Source of the DNA: a virus
IMG/VR virus record: IMGVR_UViG_3300017818_000007
Coordinates: 1 to 64,000 of that record
Direction: 5' to 3' (one strand)
Length of the DNA: 64,000 nt
The notes below the pieces were generated by a model, which saw nothing but the letters and a program-made list of their open reading frames with translations, ran no database searches and had not been told where the DNA came from. Shown one piece after another: positions 1 through 7,825 of the stretch; the stretch's first letter is position 1; every line of letters starts with the position of its first letter. A program made the position numbers and the translations under genes.

Positions 1-22
1 CAAACGGTTCGCGAACGTTTGG

Positions 23-55
23 AAATGAGCGGCAGAGATGTCGCTCATTTTTTTT
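23..55 (+). terminator. Rho-independent terminator-like hairpin
   Basis: AAATGAGCG-GCA-GAGA-TGT-CGCTCATTT stem (12 bp, one G-U pair) followed by a T run to position 55. Confidence 0.6.
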
Positions 56-484
56 GGCTGAAGAATCTTTTTTGAAAATAAAAAAGGCGAGGGGCTTTAT
101 ATATAAAACCATGGTGATGCAGAATCACCAGGCAGGAGAAAAAATGAAATTTAAAAAAATTGTAGCAGAAAATTTTACATACTATATACCCCTCTCTAAA
201 CAAGGTATTTGAATCGTTTGTATAACTAGTATTTTGGAATGCGTAAACAGTGTACATACTATCCAAAACTTCCTCTAACACAGTATCTACTGCGTACAGG
301 CGCTATATTACCTCTTAAACAGTCTCGGGCAGTCAAACATACTCGTAAGGCTAGTAAGACCCGTGTATGACGCTTATATAGCGTTTAAGACACCACTACG
401 CACACACTGTAAAAGCAACCACCCCCCTGTAGAGTAGTGTATTCAAATTTTTTTTGTACAGATTTTTTTTGATTAACTATACGT

Positions 485-730
485 ATGGCTGAAGAATACT
501 GCATATACACAAGAGACTTTGATCAAGCACAAGGCTTTATAACAGCACTAAGCAACATGGGTATTAGCATAGAACCACACGCTAATCGTACACGTTTTTG
601 GCTAGACTCAAATCAAAAAGAACACTACTTGTTTTATCTGCGTTATAGTCACGTGCTACACCGTGTAAAGGAAGTCACTGCAAGTACTATAACTGCTATA
701 CACGAAAATACTGTTAAATTCAAAGGTTAG
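485..730 (+). CDS. Hypothetical protein (81 aa)
   Basis: ORF track; preceded by TAACTA-N5-ATG, a variant of the late-promoter arrangement. Confidence 0.55.
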   Translation: MAEEYCIYTRDFDQAQGFITALSNMGISIEPHANRTRFWLDSNQKEHYLFYLRYSHVLHRVKEVTASTITAIHENTVKFKG

Positions 731-1121
731 GTGTGTGTACAGCGTATGTTATAAAGTCACGCACAGTGTATATATAACGTTCCAAATCAACAAACAGATC
801 CCTATTGTATAGTCGTTCAGTTGTTAAACGACTGTAGGCCATACGTCCAATCTCTGTCTTGTAGTTGCGTTGTGCTACACCTGGATATACACCTGTAAGC
901 CAAAGAGCACTGTCACCCAACAGTTTAGCACCTGTACTGCCTTCCATTTCCATTATGCTTTCTGCATAGGTTTTGCGTGGTTGGAGGCCGTCTGTCATGC
1001 GTTCTGCTAGGATCATTACAGTGTATGCTTTAAGGTGATATGGCAGTGTTAAACCTGTACGATTTTCCGTGTCTTGCACGAGATTGGTGAAAGCATCGAT
1101 GTAGTGTGCATCGGTTCCCAT
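720..1121 (-). CDS. Hypothetical protein (133 aa)
   Basis: ORF track; TAAATA-CTATT-ATG immediately upstream (1127-1132). Confidence 0.7.
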   Translation of the reverse strand: MGTDAHYIDAFTNLVQDTENRTGLTLPYHLKAYTVMILAERMTDGLQPRKTYAESIMEMEGSTGAKLLGDSALWLTGVYPGVAQRNYKTEIGRMAYSRLTTERLYNRDLFVDLERYIYTVRDFITYAVHTPNL

Positions 1122-1293
1122 AATAGTATTTATGGTGGGAGTAAAAGTTTTGACCGCTAACCGCTACGCGGATTGCGTTGCTCTACCGCTACTGCTTCGC
1201 AGTCTAGAAAAAATTTCCGCGGACGCTTCGCTTGTTTTTGGCTGTTTTGAGCCTATTTCACGGTGTATATGCTTCAGTGTTTTAAATACTTGT

Positions 1294-1394
1294 ACGAGTT
1301 GTTTATTTGAGAGATCAACACACACTCAGTATGTACGTTGCGGTGACACCGTTAAATAGAATTAGGTTGTATAAAACTTCAATAAACAACTCGA
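1294..1394 (+). ncRNA. Candidate structured non-coding RNA closed by a 13-bp stem
   Basis: Perfect inverted repeat CGAGTTGTTTATT (1295-1307) / AATAAACAACTCG (1381-1393), starting right after TAAATA (1283-1288)-N5-A. No family recognised. Confidence 0.35.
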
Positions 1395-1428
1395 TCTACA
1401 TACACTAGGCTAAATACAGTCTATAAGT

Positions 1429-1443
1429 TAAACAGTCTGTTTA
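1429..1443. promoter_or_regulatory. Operator-like palindrome TAAACAG-T-CTGTTTA
   Basis: Perfect 7-1-7 palindrome; TAAACAGT also occurs at 244-251 and 316-323. Confidence 0.3.
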
Positions 1444-1489
1444 CTATACACCCGCACTAGATTAAATAATTATATAGGAGGGTGTTATT

Positions 1490-1750
1490 ATGAAAACCCT
1501 AATCATACTATTCATAAGCGTTTGTGTTAACACAGACTGCGTATGGTTTGAAATACAAGATCCAGTGTTTGAATCACCTGAACAGTGCATAGAAGCAGGT
1601 GGTAGAACAGCACAAGAGTTGCAAGAAGCAATGCCTTACTCTAGTGGTGAAATACACTGTGTACCTGAAGATAGTATAGATGATTTTAAAGAATATCTTG
1701 AACAACGAGGATATAGATTAAACCCCAAAGAGACCGGCATTAAAGTATAA
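1490..1750 (+). CDS. Small Cys-motif membrane/secreted protein
   Basis: SD (AGGAGG) upstream; hydrophobic N-terminus followed by spaced Cys residues. Confidence 0.75.
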   Translation: MKTLIILFISVCVNTDCVWFEIQDPVFESPEQCIEAGGRTAQELQEAMPYSSGEIHCVPEDSIDDFKEYLEQRGYRLNPKETGIKV

Positions 1751-1776
1751 TAATAAAAACCGGTTTTATCAATTTA

Positions 1777-1932
1777 ATGAAGAATAAAAAACGTACCAAT
1801 CCGCGTGAACGCATACGTGTTCTACAAGAACAAATACGCAAAACACTCGACACATATGACCGAGAAAGACTAGAACAAGAACTGTTCCACTGGCAACAGG
1901 TTGTTAATCGTAAACCTCAATCGGACTCGTGA
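1777..1932 (+). CDS. Small hypothetical protein (51 aa, MKNKKRTNPRERIRVLQEQIRK...)
   Basis: Hand-translated ORF below the track cutoff; helical, charged composition. Confidence 0.4.
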   Translation: MKNKKRTNPRERIRVLQEQIRKTLDTYDRERLEQELFHWQQVVNRKPQSDS

Positions 1933-2125
1933 CCCAAACATAATTGTGTTCAAAACCCTGTGGTAGCATCACATAGTCTTGGTGTAGGCAACTCATGCCA
2001 CCGTACTGTTCGCTTAATACAAGATCGTAATAGGTTTGTGCTTGTTCGCAGTTGCGGAATGTTCCTATATAGGTATCGCAACACTGCTCCCATGCCAGGC
2101 TCACTGTGAGTATAAACTCCAGCAT
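1904..2125 (-). CDS. Small Cys-motif hypothetical protein
   Basis: GGAG SD upstream; hydrophobic N-terminus plus Cys residues, same style as 1490..1750. Confidence 0.55.
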   Translation of the reverse strand: MLEFILTVSLAWEQCCDTYIGTFRNCEQAQTYYDLVLSEQYGGMSCLHQDYVMLPQGFEHNYVWVTSPIEVYD

Positions 2126-2194
2126 GGCTGTTCTCCATAATGGTTATTGGTGTGTTTATTTATTTTGTGCATACCACCTATGCTAAATACGTAT

Positions 2195-2238
2195 ACGTTC
2201 AGCCACAAGGCCGGAAGTAGCATAATGCGAAGGAACGC
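2195..2238 (+). ncRNA. Glutamine riboswitch (glnA-type aptamer)
   Basis: CGTTC-A-GCC(ACAA)GGC-CGGAAGTA-GCA(TAA)TGC-GAAG-GAACG: P1 CGTTC/GAACG, P2 and P3 hairpins, and the CGGAAGUA...GAAG E-loop core of the glnA RNA motif. Lies between a TAAATA promoter and an SD plus ORF. Confidence 0.8.
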
Positions 2239-2265
2239 ACCTAAACTTTAACCGGGGAGGGTGAC

Positions 2266-2460
2266 ATGAATAGATTCGATCATTTACATCGAATGTACCG
2301 CGAAGAAAAACAGCGTGAACGTAAACGTAAGATCCTAAATCATTCTAGATCTGAAGTTGATATAAACGCAAATGGTACATCAGGATATGTTGTAAAGCAC
2401 GGACCTAATGTGGGTAAGATACTCGCACATCGCAGTCCAAAGTCTACTAACAACTGGTAG
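2266..2460 (+). CDS. Small basic protein downstream of the glutamine riboswitch (64 aa)
   Basis: GGAGG SD at 2256-2260; Arg/Lys-rich N-terminal helix. Confidence 0.8.
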   Translation: MNRFDHLHRMYREEKQRERKRKILNHSRSEVDINANGTSGYVVKHGPNVGKILAHRSPKSTNNW

Positions 2461-2503
2461 TCAAAACACAGCGTCATGCAAGTCACAGATTTTAAATACT
2501 TGT

Positions 2504-3274
2504 ATGACGCAGTTAACAGCCACACAGATTCCTATTACACAAGACCTTGACACCAATGTTGAAACATTAATTTCTCTTATTGACAACAGTCAGGGTTTTG
2601 TGTTAACGGGTGAAGGTAGTCTAAGTGGATACTTTGCTCCTCCTGTAATTAATCAATGCAACAACTTTACAGAACTAAGCAGTGCAGAAAGATATGTAGT
2701 AGGTCACGCAACCACACAAGGTGTACATCTATTACTAGGAACTGGTTGGATGGAACCAGATGGTATGCCCTACAATCAAGTAAGGATATATCACAATGGG
2801 TTTCAAGGTGCTTATTCAAAACGTCTACTCACAACTACTCTACAAGGTGGTGGAGAACGTAATGCTTACATACCTGGTTTTTCAAATAGTGTGTTTCCTC
2901 TAAACGACAGCACACTTGCAGGAGTATTGATCTGCAACGACATATGGGCAACACCTAGTGTGAGTCCAAATGGTAATCCCTATTATGTAAATGAATATGC
3001 ACAGCAAGGTGTTCGTGTATTGTTTTGTAGTGTTAACTGTAATGTAGGTGGGCGTGTTAGTTGGGATCCTGTAATCTATACGTGGCATGAAAATCATCTA
3101 CAGATGTATGCTAAAACATTTGGAATGTACATTGTGGTAAGTGGTAGCAGTTTATCAATGACTGGCGAGCCTATAGAAAAACTACAATGTCCATTAGGTA
3201 TCATTGGTCCTGACGGCGAGTGGATAGAAAAACTAGAACTTGGTCAAACGTCTTGTACCACTAAAATTCAATAA
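2504..3274 (+). CDS. Carbon-nitrogen hydrolase (nitrilase superfamily)
   Basis: Glu-Lys-Cys triad motifs TGEGSLSGY, YSKRLL, LICNDIW. Start moved to ATG 2504 (TAAATA-N5-ATG). Confidence 0.85.
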   Translation: MTQLTATQIPITQDLDTNVETLISLIDNSQGFVLTGEGSLSGYFAPPVINQCNNFTELSSAERYVVGHATTQGVHLLLGTGWMEPDGMPYNQVRIYHNGFQGAYSKRLLTTTLQGGGERNAYIPGFSNSVFPLNDSTLAGVLICNDIWATPSVSPNGNPYYVNEYAQQGVRVLFCSVNCNVGGRVSWDPVIYTWHENHLQMYAKTFGMYIVVSGSSLSMTGEPIEKLQCPLGIIGPDGEWIEKLELGQTSCTTKIQ

Positions 3275-3282
3275 ATATTACT

Positions 3283-3828
3283 ATGGACATGACTGGAAGA
3301 CTACTAGTATCACAACCCACGAGTAAATCGGAATTCTTTAAAGAAAGCGTTATACTCTTAGTGCAACACGACGAACGTGGGGCATGGGGTATACAGATTA
3401 ATAAACCTTTAGATACGTTGTCAATTAAAGATGTAATTACAGATCCTGAGGTGGGTATTACAAACGATACCAAATGTTATCTTGGCGGACCTGTAGAGCA
3501 ACAGGCAATACATCTATTGCATTCAAGTGATTGCGTTATGAGTAATAGTTTGCCTATTACAGATACGCTTACAATTACAAGCAATGCTACAATGTTTAAA
3601 GAAATGGAAATGGGCAGAGGCCCTAGTAAATGGATTTGTACACTAGGTATGTGTACGTGGGCACCAGGACAACTAGATGGTGAAATGAGAGGTGAACATC
3701 CTTGGACACCTCAGCATCAATGGTTAGACACTGCTATACCAAAGGATTTACTTGATAGAAATCCTCGTATGCTATGGAAAGAGTGTGTTAAAACCTGTGT
3801 AGAAAATGCTACATCAACCTTCTTTTAA
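3283..3828 (+). CDS. algH: YqgE/AlgH (DUF179) family protein
   Basis: LLVSQP, F.ESVILLVQH...GAWGIQINKP, YLGGPVE, G.CTWAPGQLDGEM..W motifs. Confidence 0.85.
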   Translation: MDMTGRLLVSQPTSKSEFFKESVILLVQHDERGAWGIQINKPLDTLSIKDVITDPEVGITNDTKCYLGGPVEQQAIHLLHSSDCVMSNSLPITDTLTITSNATMFKEMEMGRGPSKWICTLGMCTWAPGQLDGEMRGEHPWTPQHQWLDTAIPKDLLDRNPRMLWKECVKTCVENATSTFF

Positions 3829-3857
3829 CAATAAATAATAGCACAGGAGAAACCAAG

Positions 3858-4043
3858 TTGTATACACTAACAAGAGATAAATCACCGCAAGGCATAATCT
3901 ATTATTATGTCACCGGTCGTGCGAGTAATAAAGATCTAGAAGAATACTGGAAGACGCAGTATCCTAGTATTAAAACGTATGCGTATACGACTGAAATTTT
4001 AGAAAACGGAGATACTAGAATTAAAGTATTTCAAACAAGATAG
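3858..4043 (+). CDS. Hypothetical protein (61 aa)
   Basis: TAAATA (3832-3837) plus AGGAG SD; TTG start. Confidence 0.6.
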   Translation: MYTLTRDKSPQGIIYYYVTGRASNKDLEEYWKTQYPSIKTYAYTTEILENGDTRIKVFQTR

Positions 4044-4052
4044 GAATAGACA

Positions 4053-4292
4053 ATGGCGGCAAATGGTATATCAACACTAACAACTAAGAGAGCAAGACAA
4101 GATGCTAAACTTGCTCTAGCAGAAACAGACAGAACAAATCGTAATGCTGTTGAGCCAGGACGTTATGCTGATACAACAGCAGATGCAACACAACTTCCAA
4201 CTCGCTATGCTGTTGGTGATAACGACACAAACAATGTAGTTGACAATGCAAATACTGGCGGATTAAAAACTGGTAGGCCTTGGGCAACTTAA
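4053..4292 (+). CDS. Hypothetical phage protein (79 aa)
   Basis: ORF in operon order with SD-like AGGA. Confidence 0.7.
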   Translation: MAANGISTLTTKRARQDAKLALAETDRTNRNAVEPGRYADTTADATQLPTRYAVGDNDTNNVVDNANTGGLKTGRPWAT

Positions 4293-4295
4293 TAG

Positions 4296-5054
4296 ATGGC
4301 TAATAGAAAGCACTACGATCTAAAACAAATGGTAGCATCAGGCTACTCATCAGATCACACATTCAATCACAAGTTTGGTGCTGTACCGCAGTTAAGCATC
4401 AACACCACAGGCACAATCTGGGACGTATCTAACACACTGTATCCTTGGACGGCATTGGACACACCAGCAGTAGTAAATGTAGAACGCAACGATGCCGCAG
4501 ATAACGGATTGGTTGTCACAGTACAAGGATTAGATGCCGACTGGAACTTCCAAAGCGAAGACATCACAATCACAGGTGCAGACCAAGTAGGCACCAAACT
4601 ATGGCGTAGGGTGAATAGAGCCTACGTCAGTTCAGGCACAGCCGTAGTGAACGTAGGCAACATTGACATCGAAGCAGGAGCCGCAGGCGGCACCACAGTT
4701 GCTCGTATCACAGCCGACCTTGGACAGACACTGATGGCTGTCTATACTATACCAGCAGGATACATTGGATACTTGTATCACGGAACTATGACTGTACAGG
4801 CCAACGCAGATGCCACAGGCTTTATGTTTATTCGCAGAAACACAGTAGGCACAACCTTCCGTGTTGCTCATACCTTTGAAGTTGCTGGCGGATCACAGTA
4901 TATGTACGATTTTGCTTTTCCGCCACCAATACCAGAGAAAAGCGATATTGATGTAAGAGCCACAGTTAGAAGTAATAATGCTAGGGTCACAGCCGCTTTT
5001 GATATCTTGCTTGTCGAGAACGATCCAGAAGCACCAATTACTGATTTAATCTGA
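4296..5054 (+). CDS. Hypothetical beta-rich phage protein (252 aa), GC-enriched
   Basis: Long ORF, Thr/Gly/Val rich; locally higher GC than flanks. Confidence 0.75.
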   Translation: MANRKHYDLKQMVASGYSSDHTFNHKFGAVPQLSINTTGTIWDVSNTLYPWTALDTPAVVNVERNDAADNGLVVTVQGLDADWNFQSEDITITGADQVGTKLWRRVNRAYVSSGTAVVNVGNIDIEAGAAGGTTVARITADLGQTLMAVYTIPAGYIGYLYHGTMTVQANADATGFMFIRRNTVGTTFRVAHTFEVAGGSQYMYDFAFPPPIPEKSDIDVRATVRSNNARVTAAFDILLVENDPEAPITDLI

Positions 5055-6473
5055 TTCAGTATTAATTGATTTAATAAGATCTCTAAGTTTAGTTGATTGT
5101 GTTTTACCACTAACTTTACCTACTGTTGATCCTTCTGTTGGATCACTTCTAGTAGTTTCTTCACTGTTATCAACTGTACTTTGTTTTTTGATGTTATTGT
5201 ATATTGAAGAGCCTGTACTTGTATATGTTGATGATTGCGAATCTTCTTCTGCAAGATCACTAATACGTAAAGTATCAATATTAAAATCTAAATCTACTTT
5301 TTGTCCTACACCACTTGAACTACGTGTTTTCATAAACTGTATTTGATAACGTCCACGTTCTTTCATTGCTCGTGATGTAAAGATACCAATCACGTTATCA
5401 GCAGTTTGAATCTTACTCAAACCACCTGAGATATGCGAATGATCAAATTCAATTTCTTCAACAGCCGCTCTGTTTAACTGCGATGCTGTCACAAATACTG
5501 TTTGTGTTTCCATTGCTAAGTTTCTTAGTTCTTCAGATACATACTTGTCTTTAATAAACAAGTCACTTGGTGAAACTTTTCTACTCATAGGCATCAACAA
5601 GTCTAAGTAATCAATTAGTAATACATCTGCTTGTACACCGTTTTTAATTTGCCACTCTTTAACATAAGAACGTAAGTCATTTGCAGTCTTACCACTTGGC
5701 ATATATTTGATTTGAATCTTTCCTGCTTTCTTACCTTGCACTTTAACTTTCATTTCAACATCGTCAATATTTTTAAATATGTCACGTGTTGCCATTCCTG
5801 TTAACATTGCATCAACACGCATTGCTACAAGTTCTTCACTAAGTTCTAATGATATGTACAATACGTTCATGCCGTCAAGTGCAAAGTTAACAGCCATATT
5901 TTGTAGGAACAACGATTTACCTGCACCTGAACCACCTGCCCAAATGTTTAGTTCACCTCTGTTGAATCCACCAAACAACTTCTTATCTAAACTTGGCCAT
6001 CCTGTGCTTACTTGTCCGTTGTTGTCTTTTAGTTTCATTAGTCTTGCTCTTGGGTCTAAGAAATAATCAGTACCCATGTCTTTTGCAAGACCAATTTGGA
6101 TTGCGTCTTTAATTAAACCTTCTACTGGACCATACTCACCTTTTTCAAGTAAGTCAGCACTTTGTAAAATTGCACGTTCAAGTGCTTTCTTTCTACTAAA
6201 CTTTTCAAATGTATCTAATAGCCAATCGTGATGCTCTTCTCCAACATTACTTGCATCTTGTAAACCAACACCACAACTTTTGTTAACAATATCAAGTTCA
6301 GGCATAACTTTATATTCATCAACATATGTTTTAATAAATGTTGCTGTGTCTTTTAGTTTTTGGTCAAAGTTATCTGGATCAAATATTCCTTGACAACGCA
6401 CATAACTTTCTGCATTGCTTAGAAACATTTCTAAAAACAGTTTTTGTATATCTTCTTTAAATTCTTCAGCCAC
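5046..6473 (-). CDS. dnaB: Replicative DNA helicase (DnaB / T4 gp41 family)
   Basis: Walker A GGSGAGKS, LLIDYLDLL, TASQLNR motifs; GTG start. Confidence 0.93.
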   Translation of the reverse strand: MAEEFKEDIQKLFLEMFLSNAESYVRCQGIFDPDNFDQKLKDTATFIKTYVDEYKVMPELDIVNKSCGVGLQDASNVGEEHHDWLLDTFEKFSRKKALERAILQSADLLEKGEYGPVEGLIKDAIQIGLAKDMGTDYFLDPRARLMKLKDNNGQVSTGWPSLDKKLFGGFNRGELNIWAGGSGAGKSLFLQNMAVNFALDGMNVLYISLELSEELVAMRVDAMLTGMATRDIFKNIDDVEMKVKVQGKKAGKIQIKYMPSGKTANDLRSYVKEWQIKNGVQADVLLIDYLDLLMPMSRKVSPSDLFIKDKYVSEELRNLAMETQTVFVTASQLNRAAVEEIEFDHSHISGGLSKIQTADNVIGIFTSRAMKERGRYQIQFMKTRSSSGVGQKVDLDFNIDTLRISDLAEEDSQSSTYTSTGSSIYNNIKKQSTVDNSEETTRSDPTEGSTVGKVSGKTQSTKLRDLIKSINTESD

Positions 6474-6485
6474 TAATTCTTTACC

Positions 6486-7469
6486 TTATTTGTTTGTATT
6501 ATTATACCATAAATCTTGCGGAATGTCAACCTGTGTTTTTGTTTTGGCGAAAACAGCACCTAAACAACTGCCGGGATCGCCTGGATGTTTTGGAACGTGT
6601 ATTTTCTCAAACATACCGGCTTCACGTACTTTGTCAATAGCAGGTTTGTTTAATGCACACCCGCCCATAAAACATACTTGATCATATAGGTGTTTTTCTT
6701 TTAACCAAACACTAATGCCCATAATTAATTCTTCAAATTTCTTTTGTACACTTGCCGCTAAATCTCTTACGTTAGCATCTGGAAGCCAAGCATTTAATCC
6801 TCTATGCATATTAACATTGAATTTAATGCTAGGATATTTTATATCAAACAGTTCGTTAATCTCTTTCATATAACGATCTGGATCTCCTTCTTTAGCCATT
6901 TCAGCAATAATGTATTCATCTCTATTTGCTTTTAATCCAATGCGTTGAGTCATTGCACTGTACCACAATCCAATTGAGTGAGGATAGCCTTGACTGTGAA
7001 TACGTTTGATGCGTCCACCTAGTCCGTCCCATATAGTATACGTTTCAAACTCGCCAATACTATCTAGTACAACTATACCCCAACGAGTATTTCCTTTTGG
7101 TGCAGAGTAATATCCATATGCCGCATGACTCTCGTGATGTTTTGTAAAAGATAGTTTACAATCCTTGCTTATTCCGTAGTTTTGTAAATAATAGTTTACA
7201 TTTGTATCACTGTAAGGAATACCTTGTCCTGCCCATAATTGACGCAACCATTTTAGTTTTGGATACTCGTACCATACTATCTCATCTGGCATACCGTAAG
7301 ATTCTTTTGCTACACTTACCATTGTGTAATTTAAATGAGGATCATTTTCAACGCCAGTGAAGTCTTTTGCTAAACAGGCCCATACAGGGTGTATACCTTT
7401 AAACACAGCCAAACTAGCATCGTGACTGTTTGCTACTATACCCCAACGTGTTTTATAATCGTTTATCAT
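6486..7469 (-). CDS. Carbamoyltransferase N-terminal (Kae1-like) domain protein, NodU/CmcH family
   Basis: SHDASLA, HHESHAAYGYY, LDSIGE, GGCALN, PGDPGSCLGA motifs; ends without the C-terminal domain. Confidence 0.82.
   Translation of the reverse strand: MINDYKTRWGIVANSHDASLAVFKGIHPVWACLAKDFTGVENDPHLNYTMVSVAKESYGMPDEIVWYEYPKLKWLRQLWAGQGIPYSDTNVNYYLQNYGISKDCKLSFTKHHESHAAYGYYSAPKGNTRWGIVVLDSIGEFETYTIWDGLGGRIKRIHSQGYPHSIGLWYSAMTQRIGLKANRDEYIIAEMAKEGDPDRYMKEINELFDIKYPSIKFNVNMHRGLNAWLPDANVRDLAASVQKKFEELIMGISVWLKEKHLYDQVCFMGGCALNKPAIDKVREAGMFEKIHVPKHPGDPGSCLGAVFAKTKTQVDIPQDLWYNNTNK
6501..6529 (-). promoter_or_regulatory. Sigma70-consensus promoter for the helicase
   Basis: TTGACA-17 nt-TATAAT with extended -10 (TGG), inside the 3' end of the upstream gene. 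Confidence 0.75.
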
Positions 7470-7711
7470 GATATACCCTTATACTTTTTCCAAAACGAGT
7501 GTAGTACATAAAACCACACGCCGTTAATGATAGGCTCAACAACAGCATCAACAGCCGCTAATTCAAAAGAAGCACCTGTAATTACATTATTGCTAATCAT
7601 TGCAATAACAATATGTCCAAGTGTATAGATAACAGCAAGTGTAAAACTACTACCACCTATAAGTCTTTTTAGTAAATTAAAAATACCTTCTTTAAATTCT
7701 GTCATAAACAT
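7466..7711 (-). CDS. Small membrane protein (DUF2061-like)
   Basis: Two hydrophobic helices; YTLGHIVIA...EPIINGVWFYVLH..W pattern. Confidence 0.6.
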   Translation of the reverse strand: MFMTEFKEGIFNLLKRLIGGSSFTLAVIYTLGHIVIAMISNNVITGASFELAAVDAVVEPIINGVWFYVLHSFWKKYKGIS

Positions 7712-7825
7712 CTACTTGTATATAAAAGGATCCTTCTCCTGTAATTTTTTAAGTTTCTTTTTTAATGCTCTCTTTGATTGCCATGTCACGTACCAAAGTT
7801 TAATTTTTATCCAATAGTGTTTCAT
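7712..7825 (-). CDS. Small basic protein (37 aa, MKHYWIKIKTWY...KDPFIYK)
   Basis: Hand-translated; ATGA overlap with the upstream gene and abuts the downstream start. Confidence 0.6.
   Translation of the reverse strand: MKHYWIKIKLWYVTWQSKRALKKKLKKLQEKDPFIYK

Noticed and set aside
45-281. 78-aa minus-strand ORF, and the 1132..1359 plus-strand ORF
   Set aside because: No SD or promoter arrangement, Phe/Cys-rich low-information translations across poly-A/T and hairpin DNA; probably spurious.
1756-1767. Palindrome AAAACCGGTTTT between small ORFs
   Set aside because: Single low-complexity occurrence; expected by chance in AT-rich DNA.
2408-2503. N-terminal extension of the C-N hydrolase given by the ORF track
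   Set aside because: It overlaps the riboswitch-linked ORF; ATG 2504 has the TAAATA-N5 arrangement and starts at the domain boundary. Similar trimming was applied at 35584, 46680, 48513, 13619 and 62288.
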